The notes under the pieces are model-generated. The model worked only from the letters and a program-made list of their open reading frames with translations. It did no database searches and had not been told where the DNA came from. The position numbers and the translations under genes are program-made. From the sequence record OR258281.1: a DNA stretch of 64,000 bases; one strand, written 5' to 3'. This document shows positions 1-9,065 of this stretch, piece after piece. How positions within the stretch are numbered: position 1 is the first letter of the stretch; each line of letters begins with the position of its first letter.

Positions 1-1
1 A

Positions 2-157
2 ATCAATGGTATAGTACCTTACAACTTCAAGGGTAATTTTATGTGGGTAAGAGTGGTAGTATGTATTCCACCTTTCATCCGTACAATTACTCCTGTAACT
101 GTCAGAAAAGAATACAATCCATATAACACGATGCCTAAAGTACTAGTTCGAAGATAA
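2..157 (+). CDS. 3' end of a hypothetical protein (truncated by window start)
   Basis: Open frame INGIVPYNFKGN...PKVLVRR ending TAA 155-157. Confidence 0.6.
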   Translation: MNGIVPYNFKGNFMWVRVVVCIPPFIRTITPVTVRKEYNPYNTMPKVLVRR

Positions 158-158
158 T

Positions 159-187
159 TGAAACACTATTCTAATGTGTTCTATACT
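159..187 (+). promoter_or_regulatory. phage promoter TGAAAC-N17-TATACT
   Basis: tgaaac actattctaatgtgttc tatact upstream of primase; motif recurs 10 times. Confidence 0.75.
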
Positions 188-216
188 ATCATGTGTAATG
201 CTAAGGATAGTAGAAA

Positions 217-1242
217 ATGAATAATGTATTAACAATAATAGCGGGACTCATGCATAACCCATGTCCACCAATTGGTAGATGGGTAAAACGTGACTGTCCC
301 GTTTGTCTTAATGGTGCTTCAGGAAGGGTACGCGGATCATATATTTTCGATAATGACAGTTTCGCTTTCCACTGTTTCAACTGTGATTTTAAAACTAACT
401 GGAAACCCGGTTATAATATAAATCAGAAGATGATAGACTTCCTTCAAAAAGTCGGTGCTAGTTCCAATGAAATAATGCAGCTAAGTATGATGGCTAAAGA
501 TATTATTGAAAACGGAAATTTTGAAAAGCCCGAACTTACCAATTCTGCAATATATCAGAAAATAACACAACGTCAGTTACCAAGTACTGCAAAGTCGTTT
601 CTGGAATGGGGAAACTCAAATCCTCCACCTGACTTTGTTAAGGTACTTAATCATGTGTTTGCAAGAAACCCATATTTATTTGACTTAGATTTATACTGGA
701 CGCCGGATAAAAATAACGATTTAAACTTTCGTTATCTTCTACCTTACTATATGAATGGTGAGATAGTTGGTTATTCTGGTCGAGATACAAGACCTTACAG
801 TAAGTTAAAGTATTACAATCAGATTAGTACTAGCACTTTTTATAACTTTGACCTTCTTAATGATCCTAACATCAAAACTCTTTTTGTTACTGAAGGATTA
901 TTCGATGCTGCTCTTATGGGTGGACTAGGAAGTAATAACTACAAGATGACGGATATCCAGATTGCACAGTTATTACATGCAAAGGAACGTGGTAAAAGAA
1001 TAGTACTAGTACCTGACCGTGATAAGAATGGTATTGAATCTATTAATCAAGCACTGGAACATGGATTTGAAGTTTCATTGCCAGATTGGGGAACAAAGAG
1101 AACATCAAATGGAGTTGAATTTATAAAGGACTTTGAAGAAGCCAGCAAAACATACGGAAGATTGTTTTGTACTTTACTTCTTCACAAGAGTATTTGTAAT
1201 TCAGAATTTGAAACTAAAGTATTAATGAATAAATGGATTTAA
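217..1242 (+). CDS. DNA primase (T4 gp61-like, Zn finger + TOPRIM)
   Basis: CPVC...FHCFNC zinc finger, VTEGLFDA and VPDRD TOPRIM motifs, adjacent to helicase. Confidence 0.85.
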   Translation: MNNVLTIIAGLMHNPCPPIGRWVKRDCPVCLNGASGRVRGSYIFDNDSFAFHCFNCDFKTNWKPGYNINQKMIDFLQKVGASSNEIMQLSMMAKDIIENGNFEKPELTNSAIYQKITQRQLPSTAKSFLEWGNSNPPPDFVKVLNHVFARNPYLFDLDLYWTPDKNNDLNFRYLLPYYMNGEIVGYSGRDTRPYSKLKYYNQISTSTFYNFDLLNDPNIKTLFVTEGLFDAALMGGLGSNNYKMTDIQIAQLLHAKERGKRIVLVPDRDKNGIESINQALEHGFEVSLPDWGTKRTSNGVEFIKDFEEASKTYGRLFCTLLLHKSICNSEFETKVLMNKWI

Positions 1243-1254
1243 AAGGAAGAAAAG

Positions 1255-2730
1255 ATGATCTCACAGGAAGTGAAAAACTATGATCCAAAATTCCAGCAGT
1301 TTATGCTGAGTGTTATGTTAAACGAACCTGAAATTTTTGTTCGTTGTCAGGGTATTATTAAACCTGAATATTTTGATAAAGCTTATAAGCCTGTTGTGAA
1401 CTTCGTACTTGAATATGCTGACAAGTACCGTACCCTTCCATCTCTGAAAGAAATTGAAGTTAATACTACAGCAGCATTTGAAGCAGAAGTAATTAAGAAG
1501 GAACACCGTCAAGGACACCTTGATAGTATTGAAAGTTTCTGTCGTCATAAAGCACTAGAGAATGCAATCCAGGAAGGAATGAAATGCGTTCAGGAACGTA
1601 AGTACGGTATGTTAGAAGTACTGGTCAAAGAAGCAATGCAGATTTCATTGCAGAATGACTTAGGTACTAACTATTTTGAAGATCCTGAAGGTCGTATTCG
1701 TGCACTATTTGACGAACAGGGTACTATCAGTACTGGCTGGATTGATGTTGATAAACGTCTATTCGGTGGTTTCGGTCCAGGTGAATTAGAAATCTTCCTT
1801 GCACCTTCTGGTTGTGGTAAGTCAATGCTCATGCAGAACCTTGCTGTTAACTTCAGTGCACGAATGATGAACGGCGTATACATTTCTTTGGAACTATCAG
1901 AGAACCTTGTAAACAGCCGTATTGACAGTATGATGCTTGATCGCAGCAAGAAGAATATTCAATCCAATATTGAAGACGTTGCTGCTGAGATTAAAGTACT
2001 GGAAAAGAAACGTGGTTCTTTCTATGTTAAACGTATGCCAGAAAGTTCTACTACAGTACATGATATTCGTGCTTATCTTAAAGAGTACTTAGTTAAAACA
2101 AATTTAGAACTTCATTATGTCTGTGTAGATTATCTTGATCTTTTGACCTCACCAAAAGTAGGTAACTCAGCAGATACATTCATGAAAGATAAATTTGTTG
2201 CTGAAGAACTTCGTGCACTGGCATCAGAGTTTAATGTAGTAATGATTTCAGCATCACAGCTTAACCGTTCTGCAATTGACAGTACTGAATATACTCATGC
2301 AAACATTGCTGGTGGTATCAGTAAGATTTATACAGCAGATAACGTAATTGGTATTCGTAATACTGATGCAACTCGTGCTCGTGGTGAAATCGGTCTTGAA
2401 TTCCTTAAAACACGTAACAGTGGTGGTTCAAGTCAGTTTATTAAGTGCGGATTTAATGTTGATACTATGCGTGTATTTGATCATCCTGAATCGCCAAATT
2501 TAGGTGCAGCAACTAACCTTAAATATCAGCCTAAGTCAGTAACACCTAGTACTGAAAGTATTCAGCAGACTGCACAAGTACTTGCTGGAAATATAGATAT
2601 GCCCGTCCAGACGTTTGAAGATTCCCCAAATGCGTCAGCACTAAATACTCAAAATAAGCCAGCATCATCTGGTTCTGGTATTGACCAATTACGGAATATG
2701 ATTAAGAAAACTTCACGCTCAGGGGTATAA
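1255..2730 (+). CDS. dnaB: replicative DNA helicase (DnaB/T4 gp41-like)
   Basis: Walker A APSGCGKS, VCVDYLDLL, ASQLNR, GGISKIYTAD motifs. Confidence 0.92.
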   Translation: MISQEVKNYDPKFQQFMLSVMLNEPEIFVRCQGIIKPEYFDKAYKPVVNFVLEYADKYRTLPSLKEIEVNTTAAFEAEVIKKEHRQGHLDSIESFCRHKALENAIQEGMKCVQERKYGMLEVLVKEAMQISLQNDLGTNYFEDPEGRIRALFDEQGTISTGWIDVDKRLFGGFGPGELEIFLAPSGCGKSMLMQNLAVNFSARMMNGVYISLELSENLVNSRIDSMMLDRSKKNIQSNIEDVAAEIKVLEKKRGSFYVKRMPESSTTVHDIRAYLKEYLVKTNLELHYVCVDYLDLLTSPKVGNSADTFMKDKFVAEELRALASEFNVVMISASQLNRSAIDSTEYTHANIAGGISKIYTADNVIGIRNTDATRARGEIGLEFLKTRNSGGSSQFIKCGFNVDTMRVFDHPESPNLGAATNLKYQPKSVTPSTESIQQTAQVLAGNIDMPVQTFEDSPNASALNTQNKPASSGSGIDQLRNMIKKTSRSGV

Positions 2731-2733
2731 TCT

Positions 2734-2997
2734 ATGTCTAAAAAGCAAAATATGCTTGACAGTATAATGAACTACAGTGCACCCACTGATGAATTACAGA
2801 CTCTTGGTAACAGAGCTAATCATGCTATTAATTCTATTATTAATATTCTAGAAGCAATAGATGAAAACTTTGATCAGCAGATTGCAGAAGATTTGCAACG
2901 TAGACTCTATCTAAGTATTAAGAACAGAGACTACCGTAAATTTGAAAAAGGGCTTGAAAATATAGCCCTTAGTGAGAAAAGGAATTCTCGTAAATGA
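2734..2997 (+). CDS. hypothetical protein
   Basis: 87 aa ORF in operon. Confidence 0.7.
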   Translation: MSKKQNMLDSIMNYSAPTDELQTLGNRANHAINSIINILEAIDENFDQQIAEDLQRRLYLSIKNRDYRKFEKGLENIALSEKRNSRK

Positions 2998-3683
2998 AGA
3001 AAGTAATTATGTTATATGATTACACTGGTATTATGGCTAAGCCATGGCTTGATAATGGATATGAAGTCTGGAGTTTTGATGGTCAGCACCCAGCGGGTAT
3101 TACTAAAGATGGTAATCATAATAAAGTAGGTATGTGGTTTGATGCATATGATACTACTACTCATGTAAAAGAAATTGCCGAAATGGTTGGTGATAATGTA
3201 GTATTTCTTTTTGGTTTTCCAGAATGTACTAATATTGCAGTATCTGGTGCTAAACATTTTGATAAGAAACTTAAAGCCAACCCAGCAGTACAGGCAGAAG
3301 CTGTTGAACTCGCTAGATTGGTTATGTACCTTGGGGATTATCTCAACGTACCATGGGGATTAGAAAACCCGGTAAGTGTTATGAGTACTATATGGAGAAA
3401 GGCTGACTTTAGTTTTCATCCTTATGAGTACGGAGGCTATTTACCTGTTAATGATGTACATCCATTATATCCGGCTTATATTGCTCCACGTGATGCTTAT
3501 CCAAAGAAAACCTGTATCTGGTGTGGTAATGGATTTAAAGAGCCAGTTAAAGCACCAGTACCTTGTCCACCGGGATATAGTGCTCAGCAGTTAAAATTGG
3601 GCGGTAAATCTACTAAGACTAAAAATATACGTTCAGCCACGCCTAGATCATTTGCAGAAGCAGTATATCAGGCAAACAAATAA
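2994..3683 (+). CDS. putative Dcm-like DNA cytosine methyltransferase (phage type)
   Basis: FPECTNIAVSGAKHF (PC-like catalytic motif), LENPVS (ENV-like), PKKTCIW, RSATP. Confidence 0.65.
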   Translation: MKKVIMLYDYTGIMAKPWLDNGYEVWSFDGQHPAGITKDGNHNKVGMWFDAYDTTTHVKEIAEMVGDNVVFLFGFPECTNIAVSGAKHFDKKLKANPAVQAEAVELARLVMYLGDYLNVPWGLENPVSVMSTIWRKADFSFHPYEYGGYLPVNDVHPLYPAYIAPRDAYPKKTCIWCGNGFKEPVKAPVPCPPGYSAQQLKLGGKSTKTKNIRSATPRSFAEAVYQANK

Positions 3684-3689
3684 GGGATT

Positions 3690-3851
3690 ATGATGAAGAA
3701 GATTAAAGAATCTGCAACAGCAGGAGCGACTACAGCAGGCGGTATTGCAACTGTTAATACTGGAACCAACTTTCCAATATTCAGTAGATTACCTAAATCA
3801 AATTTCTTCGGATATAAAGAATACATTCCAAAGAAAACTAAGGGCGAATAA
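3690..3851 (+). CDS. small putative virion/prohead protein (53 aa, missed by ORF track)
   Basis: MMKKIKESATAGATTAGGIATVNTG...; SD-like gggatt upstream; abuts next ATG. Confidence 0.7.
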   Translation: MMKKIKESATAGATTAGGIATVNTGTNFPIFSRLPKSNFFGYKEYIPKKTKGE

Positions 3852-4244
3852 ATGACTCCGTACACCTTTTATACAATTCATACAGTAATTGATATTGGTG
3901 ATGGTAACTCTAAGCAGAACAATATACTAAACTCAAGTAAGAACTTAACACGCTTACTTGAGAGTATAATGAGCAAGTCTTATCCAATGATGGTCAGTCT
4001 TCATACCGATAAAATTGACCTATCAAAGAATAATAATAGTTCTTATTATGCACTACCTAGATTATGGGGAGAATGTACAATAAGTACTTTAAAATTCGCA
4101 CTTCCCATGGATATAGATATTCCCGTTGATGGTGTTCCATTAGTGGTGAGTACATTAGTTAACCAATATCGTATTACTAAATTCAAAAGTACTGGTTTAG
4201 ACCGTAATATCAGTATAACTAAACAGACCTTTTCATATGCTTGA
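3852..4244 (+). CDS. hypothetical protein
   Basis: 130 aa ORF in operon. Confidence 0.7.
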   Translation: MTPYTFYTIHTVIDIGDGNSKQNNILNSSKNLTRLLESIMSKSYPMMVSLHTDKIDLSKNNNSSYYALPRLWGECTISTLKFALPMDIDIPVDGVPLVVSTLVNQYRITKFKSTGLDRNISITKQTFSYA

Positions 4245-4250
4245 TAAATA
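4244..4250 (+). promoter_or_regulatory. putative late promoter (ATAAATA)
   Basis: T4-late-like TAAATA core upstream of acidic virion-like genes; similar cores at 6056, 8392, 9026, 20530, 22475, 28799. Confidence 0.5.
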
Positions 4251-4291
4251 AAATTATCTAGCATGAAAAGGTTTTTTTATTGGAGATAATA

Positions 4292-5179
4292 ATGGATATT
4301 CAAGAATTAAGTACTCAACTTCAGCGTTTTGCTGAAGCTAATGGTTTACAGATGGATGTGCAAGCTGCACTAAATCAGATGGATGCTGGTGACTTTGTTG
4401 AAATCAGTCAGGCAATTGACAATTCCGACAATCGCAGTATCATGCACATTTTACAGAAATACCGTGCAGTTACAAATGAAAATTATAAGTACTTTGAAGG
4501 TACTAAACTTATTGAATCAGAAAGTGTTCAGTTCTTTAATGATATGGGTGTTGAGGAATTAGTTGAAAATTATCGTTCATTTGTTAAAGGTGCTACTTAT
4601 GATCACTCTCATCTAACTCTTAGTCAGATGCGTACCCTAGTTATGGAAGACCTAACTACTTCATTAGGTGCAATTTCAAATAACGATAATCAGAACCAAA
4701 CCACAATGAATCCACAAGCTCAGGCTAAACTAAAACAGGCTGAACTACAGAAACAAGCAGGTAATCCTAATTTTAGTGTAACTGTACCTAATGGTACTGG
4801 TGACAGTATTGAGCCAGTTGTTGGTGTTGATATTGGTTCTTCACCTGAGAAATCTTTGGTGGTTACAAAAGATCCTTCACAGACTAATCAGTTACAGGTA
4901 TTCGGTCTTAATGACGTTGAACCAGTACAGGAAGATTCAATGGATGTACTGGATATGGCGGTACAGGGTGCTGATGATTCATTAAAAGATAATGTTGATG
5001 AGGAATGTATTGATCCTTCACTTACTCATGAACCTGAAATGCAGGATAATCCAGAAGTAGAGATTGTTCAGATTGATGGTGATGACATGGGTGATGCAGT
5101 ACCAGATCTTCAACCAAGTACTGATGAAATTTTAGCACAGATCATGGATTTCTGTTCAAGATTAGATGGGTTAAAATAA
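4292..5179 (+). CDS. acidic hypothetical protein, possibly virion/prohead
   Basis: SD ggag before ATG 4292; D/E-rich; follows late promoter. Confidence 0.7.
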   Translation: MDIQELSTQLQRFAEANGLQMDVQAALNQMDAGDFVEISQAIDNSDNRSIMHILQKYRAVTNENYKYFEGTKLIESESVQFFNDMGVEELVENYRSFVKGATYDHSHLTLSQMRTLVMEDLTTSLGAISNNDNQNQTTMNPQAQAKLKQAELQKQAGNPNFSVTVPNGTGDSIEPVVGVDIGSSPEKSLVVTKDPSQTNQLQVFGLNDVEPVQEDSMDVLDMAVQGADDSLKDNVDEECIDPSLTHEPEMQDNPEVEIVQIDGDDMGDAVPDLQPSTDEILAQIMDFCSRLDGLK

Positions 5180-5391
5180 TGAGATCAAGAGATACTGGTA
5201 AAGGTTATAGTACTATAGTTTCTAATGAAGAATACAGACTTCTTAAGAAAATTGATGCACGTAAGTATATTCCAGTACTTGATCTAGACGAGTTCTACCA
5301 GGAACTCGGAGAAAATCTTTACTCAAAATCCTTACTAAATAAAGTTACTAAAAACGGAATTGATTATTTCGTCGCTTTAAAAAGGAATTAA
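5179..5391 (+). CDS. hypothetical protein
   Basis: 70 aa, translationally coupled. Confidence 0.7.
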   Translation: MRSRDTGKGYSTIVSNEEYRLLKKIDARKYIPVLDLDEFYQELGENLYSKSLLNKVTKNGIDYFVALKRN

Positions 5392-5393
5392 TT

Positions 5394-6059
5394 ATGAGTG
5401 ATAGAATATTACCTGATCAGGATATTGGAAAAAGTACTGATTTCTTCTCTAATCTACTTGGTAAATTGGACTACGAAAATTTAGATCTTTCAGCAGGTCA
5501 TTCAGCACCCCCTAAAAGAAACATCGTGGCTGAGAGCAGATTAGAAACTTCATATAATGATATTGATTTGGAAGGTTCATATAATGAATATGAACTACCA
5601 CAACAGGAACCAATCTTTAGTGATTATACTCCTATGCCACAGCACCGAGAATATCAACCACAAGTTGTACTCAAGGAAGCTTGGAAAATGATAGGTACTG
5701 AAGTTCCTGGGATGAAAAATGTCAAAAAATACAGCATACAAAGTAATTACAACCAGCAGAATATTGTTGAAGGTATTATGATGCAGGAAGCTGCTATTGC
5801 ACTTCTTAAAGTACTTAATGAAGGTGGTTCACTTAGTGATCCTAAAGTACTTGGTATTATGAGTTATGGTATTCAGTACACTGACTTACTTGAAAAAGCA
5901 TTGAAGTCTGTTAAATCAAGACAAATAGTATTAAACGAATCTAATTACAGCCGAGCAATGGAACTTGATAAAGATATTGCTGAGTACAAAACTCAGGCAC
6001 AAAGTCTTAAAGCTAAGATTATATCATTTATCAATGCTAATGGTTTCGGTACGAAATAA
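5394..6059 (+). CDS. hypothetical protein
   Basis: 221 aa ORF in operon. Confidence 0.75.
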   Translation: MSDRILPDQDIGKSTDFFSNLLGKLDYENLDLSAGHSAPPKRNIVAESRLETSYNDIDLEGSYNEYELPQQEPIFSDYTPMPQHREYQPQVVLKEAWKMIGTEVPGMKNVKKYSIQSNYNQQNIVEGIMMQEAAIALLKVLNEGGSLSDPKVLGIMSYGIQYTDLLEKALKSVKSRQIVLNESNYSRAMELDKDIAEYKTQAQSLKAKIISFINANGFGTK

Positions 6060-6092
6060 ATAGTATAGAATTTTTATAAAAGGAATTATAAA

Positions 6093-6677
6093 ATGGCTAA
6101 AACCTTAAAACAATTACTTGAAAGTAATATGGAAAAAGCTGAAATTGTCCTAGCTGTAAAAGGTGAGATTGTTGATAAACTACAGCGTCAGGCTGAAGTT
6201 ATTAATAACATGGGCGTTGACGTACTTGGTCCACTACTTGATCGTATTAAAGCTGAACATGGTTTAGAAAGTGCTGAACAGTTCAAAAATGAAATTAGTG
6301 GCTATCTAGATACTGCTGTTAAAACTATCATGGATGTAAAAGATAAAATCAGTACTGAAACTCTGAAACTTACTGGTGATATTACTGCACAACCTGGAGT
6401 TGCTGATCTTGGTGCTGGTGACTTTGATAGCGTAGATGTACAGGCTGAAACTCCAACTTTTGATATGGAAGCCGATGCTGAACTACCTGATGTTGATTTG
6501 TCTGAACCGGTTCCTGATGAACGTGCTATGAAAGAAAGTACTCGTAAGCTAGGTCTAGTATTAGAAAGTAAATCTGGTAAACAAGGTACTAAGTACTTTA
6601 CATCTAAAGATGAAATGAATACTTGGATTGCAGAAAACAAATCTAAAATCAGTAAAGTACTCAAAGTAATTAAGTAA
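6093..6677 (+). CDS. putative prohead core/scaffold-like protein
   Basis: N-terminal KQLLES, helical, acidic linker; ATAAATA at 6056-6062. Confidence 0.5.
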   Translation: MAKTLKQLLESNMEKAEIVLAVKGEIVDKLQRQAEVINNMGVDVLGPLLDRIKAEHGLESAEQFKNEISGYLDTAVKTIMDVKDKISTETLKLTGDITAQPGVADLGAGDFDSVDVQAETPTFDMEADAELPDVDLSEPVPDERAMKESTRKLGLVLESKSGKQGTKYFTSKDEMNTWIAENKSKISKVLKVIK

Positions 6678-6687
6678 TGGGGGTACT

Positions 6688-7011
6688 ATGAAGTATTCTC
6701 AAATTACTGAAGATGCACCACCTAAAGATATTCAGAATCTAGTTCAGAGTATCGCACTAAGTCTAATCGGTTCCGGGAAGGAACAGATTGGTACTCAGAA
6801 CCTAGTTAATGAAATTAAGAAACGTTTCCAGATAGATATACCTTATGGTGTTCTTATGGATATGTTGAATCAGTTACCATTTGTACAAAGTGCAACGGCA
6901 GATACCGTTACATTAGGTTCTAACGATGCTGATGGTACTGCTGAACCCGGTGAAAGTAGTGCAGAACAAGTTCAAGATATGGCGGTTAAAGCTGCATCTA
7001 AGGACATTTAA
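6688..7011 (+). CDS. hypothetical protein, possibly virion
   Basis: N-terminal MKYSQITED. Confidence 0.65.
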   Translation: MKYSQITEDAPPKDIQNLVQSIALSLIGSGKEQIGTQNLVNEIKKRFQIDIPYGVLMDMLNQLPFVQSATADTVTLGSNDADGTAEPGESSAEQVQDMAVKAASKDI

Positions 7012-7014
7012 AAG

Positions 7015-7040
7015 AATCCCCTCATTGCAGGGGATTTTTT
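7015..7040 (+). terminator. rho-independent terminator
   Basis: aatcccc-tcattgca-ggggatt + T run. Confidence 0.85.
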
Positions 7041-7063
7041 ATTTAATATAACAAAGAAACAGT

Positions 7064-7092
7064 TGAAACAATGAGCCTTTGTGTACTATACT
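7064..7092 (+). promoter_or_regulatory. phage promoter TGAAAC-N17-TATACT
   Basis: exact motif and spacing. Confidence 0.75.
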
Positions 7093-7105
7093 TAAGGAGA
7101 AGTTA

Positions 7106-7798
7106 ATGTACATCCCACCAATTATTGGTCGATACGAATACCCATCATATTCCAGAATTCATACTGAAGAGGGTCGCAAATATAGCACTCCTTCAGGTAA
7201 CTTACCTTCAGTAACTACTATATTAAGTGCTACTAAAAACAGTGAAGGCTTAAAGAAATGGCGTGAATTTGTCGGTAACGAAGCTGCTGACAATATTACT
7301 CTTGAAGCTACCACTGTTGGTACTTTTATGCATGAAAATCTTGAATACCGTTTAGTTGGTAAAGAAGACCATCAAGGTAACATGCCAATTCGTGTATTAG
7401 GCCGAAGAATGGCAGATGTAATTCAAGAAAATGCATGGCCTAAAATTAATGAAGTATGGGGCCAAGAGATTGCATTATATTACGAAGGATTATGGGCTGG
7501 TACTACCGACTTAGTTGGTTTACATGATGGAATTCCAAGTATAATGGATTACAAGAATTCCAGAAAACCTAAGACGTGGAAATTTATTGAAGATTATAGA
7601 TTACAACTTGCCGCTTATGCATTAGCCCATAATAACTTATATGGTACTGATATTAAGCGTGGAGTTATTTTTATTTGTGTACGTCAAGACCCTAAGAACT
7701 TACAGTATCAGGAATTCGTTATTGAAGGTAAAGACTTTCAGGACGCAATTGATATGTGGATTGACCGCGTAAATATGTACTACAATATGGAGAAATAA
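7106..7798 (+). CDS. PD-(D/E)XK exonuclease (Cas4/lambda-exo-like)
   Basis: LPSVTTIL, GTFMHENLE, WAGTTDLVG, IMDYKNS, QLAAYALA motifs; SD aaggag before ATG 7106. Confidence 0.85.
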   Translation: MYIPPIIGRYEYPSYSRIHTEEGRKYSTPSGNLPSVTTILSATKNSEGLKKWREFVGNEAADNITLEATTVGTFMHENLEYRLVGKEDHQGNMPIRVLGRRMADVIQENAWPKINEVWGQEIALYYEGLWAGTTDLVGLHDGIPSIMDYKNSRKPKTWKFIEDYRLQLAAYALAHNNLYGTDIKRGVIFICVRQDPKNLQYQEFVIEGKDFQDAIDMWIDRVNMYYNMEK

Positions 7799-7801
7799 AA
7801 C

Positions 7802-8398
7802 ATGGGAACAAGAGCAATGAAATTTGATTCGTTTGTGCTTAAAGCACTTGAAAAGAAAGGTTATACCTTACCAGAACTAGTTAAACTGTCTGATGATGAA
7901 ATTGAAGAACTAAATCTTTCTGATACTATAATTCAGGCAGTTAAGTCTTATAAAGCTCGTGGTGGTCGCACACAGGAAGAAGTGGCGAAAGAAATCGCAG
8001 CTATTATGGAAGAAGACGATGTAACTAATCTCAGTACTGAAGAGAAAGATAAACTTAAAGTAGAACTAAACGATACTAAACGTACAATGACTATTGACGT
8101 TGGTGAATTAAGTACCGAAGAAGCAGTTCAGTTTATTGAAGATATTAAAGAAGTAGTTAACAATAAAACACAATCTGCACCAGATACTGAAGAAGTAGTT
8201 CGTACTGTAGCTAAAAAGGAAGATATTGATACAGTCAAAGATGTACTTCAGAAGAAAGAACTACGTTCATTCGCTACATATATTAAATTTCTAAAATCTG
8301 AAGTTCCAGCAGTAATCCTAGAAAGTATTGAAAGTACTACTCTTAACGATCTAATCAGTGCTCGCATTGAAGAAGTTAAGGCTCAGGGTACTAAATAA
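7802..8398 (+). CDS. hypothetical protein
   Basis: 198 aa acidic ORF. Confidence 0.75.
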   Translation: MGTRAMKFDSFVLKALEKKGYTLPELVKLSDDEIEELNLSDTIIQAVKSYKARGGRTQEEVAKEIAAIMEEDDVTNLSTEEKDKLKVELNDTKRTMTIDVGELSTEEAVQFIEDIKEVVNNKTQSAPDTEEVVRTVAKKEDIDTVKDVLQKKELRSFATYIKFLKSEVPAVILESIESTTLNDLISARIEEVKAQGTK

Positions 8399-8427
8399 TC
8401 TTATAATTTATTAAGGAGATTATTGCA

Positions 8428-9000
8428 ATGGCACAGAAAGAAGTTGCATTGATGCAACAACGTACTGGTAAACAACGTGACCTGCCTAATGGTGAATTAG
8501 GTCAGGTACTATTCACTACTGATGAAGCACGTATGTTTGTCGGACTTCCAAGTACTGCACAACCTGCATCATTAGTTGCAGGTCGTAATCAGACTAATGC
8601 ACCAAATCGTGGTAACGAGAATGTTGAAGTACTTACTGAATTCACTCCATGGGAAATCCTGAATGGTACTATTAATAAACCATTTACGGTAACTGCGACA
8701 GCAAATTCTAGTACAACATTTAATATCAACGGTACATCAAGACTGTTTATTGATTATATTGCTTATGACGGAGATAGTTCTTTATCTATTCTTGAGAGTG
8801 GTACAATCCAAATGGTAGCATTACAGAATACTACTATTTTATCTCAACAGAATAATACTACTCAGTCAGAAGGTGTAGTATGTCTGGACTTCAATAGTCC
8901 AGTTTACAGCACTGATACTAAAAGACTTACGCTCACTGTTACCAATACTGGAACATCGAGTTTTACAATTGAATTTATTTTACGTGGGTGGGACATTTAA
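8428..9000 (+). CDS. putative virion protein with Mtd_N-like N-terminus
   Basis: MQQRTGKQRDLPNGELGQVLFTTDEARMFVG resembles tail-fibre N-terminal motif; TAAATA at 8392. Confidence 0.55.
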   Translation: MAQKEVALMQQRTGKQRDLPNGELGQVLFTTDEARMFVGLPSTAQPASLVAGRNQTNAPNRGNENVEVLTEFTPWEILNGTINKPFTVTATANSSTTFNINGTSRLFIDYIAYDGDSSLSILESGTIQMVALQNTTILSQQNNTTQSEGVVCLDFNSPVYSTDTKRLTLTVTNTGTSSFTIEFILRGWDI

Positions 9001-9019
9001 AAGGCGTCCCGCCTTTTTT
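9001..9019 (+). terminator. rho-independent terminator
   Basis: aaggcg-tcc-cgcctt + T run. Confidence 0.7.
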
Positions 9020-9065
9020 AATCACTAAATATAAAACCTTAAAAATATAGTCGCAAGGATGTACA

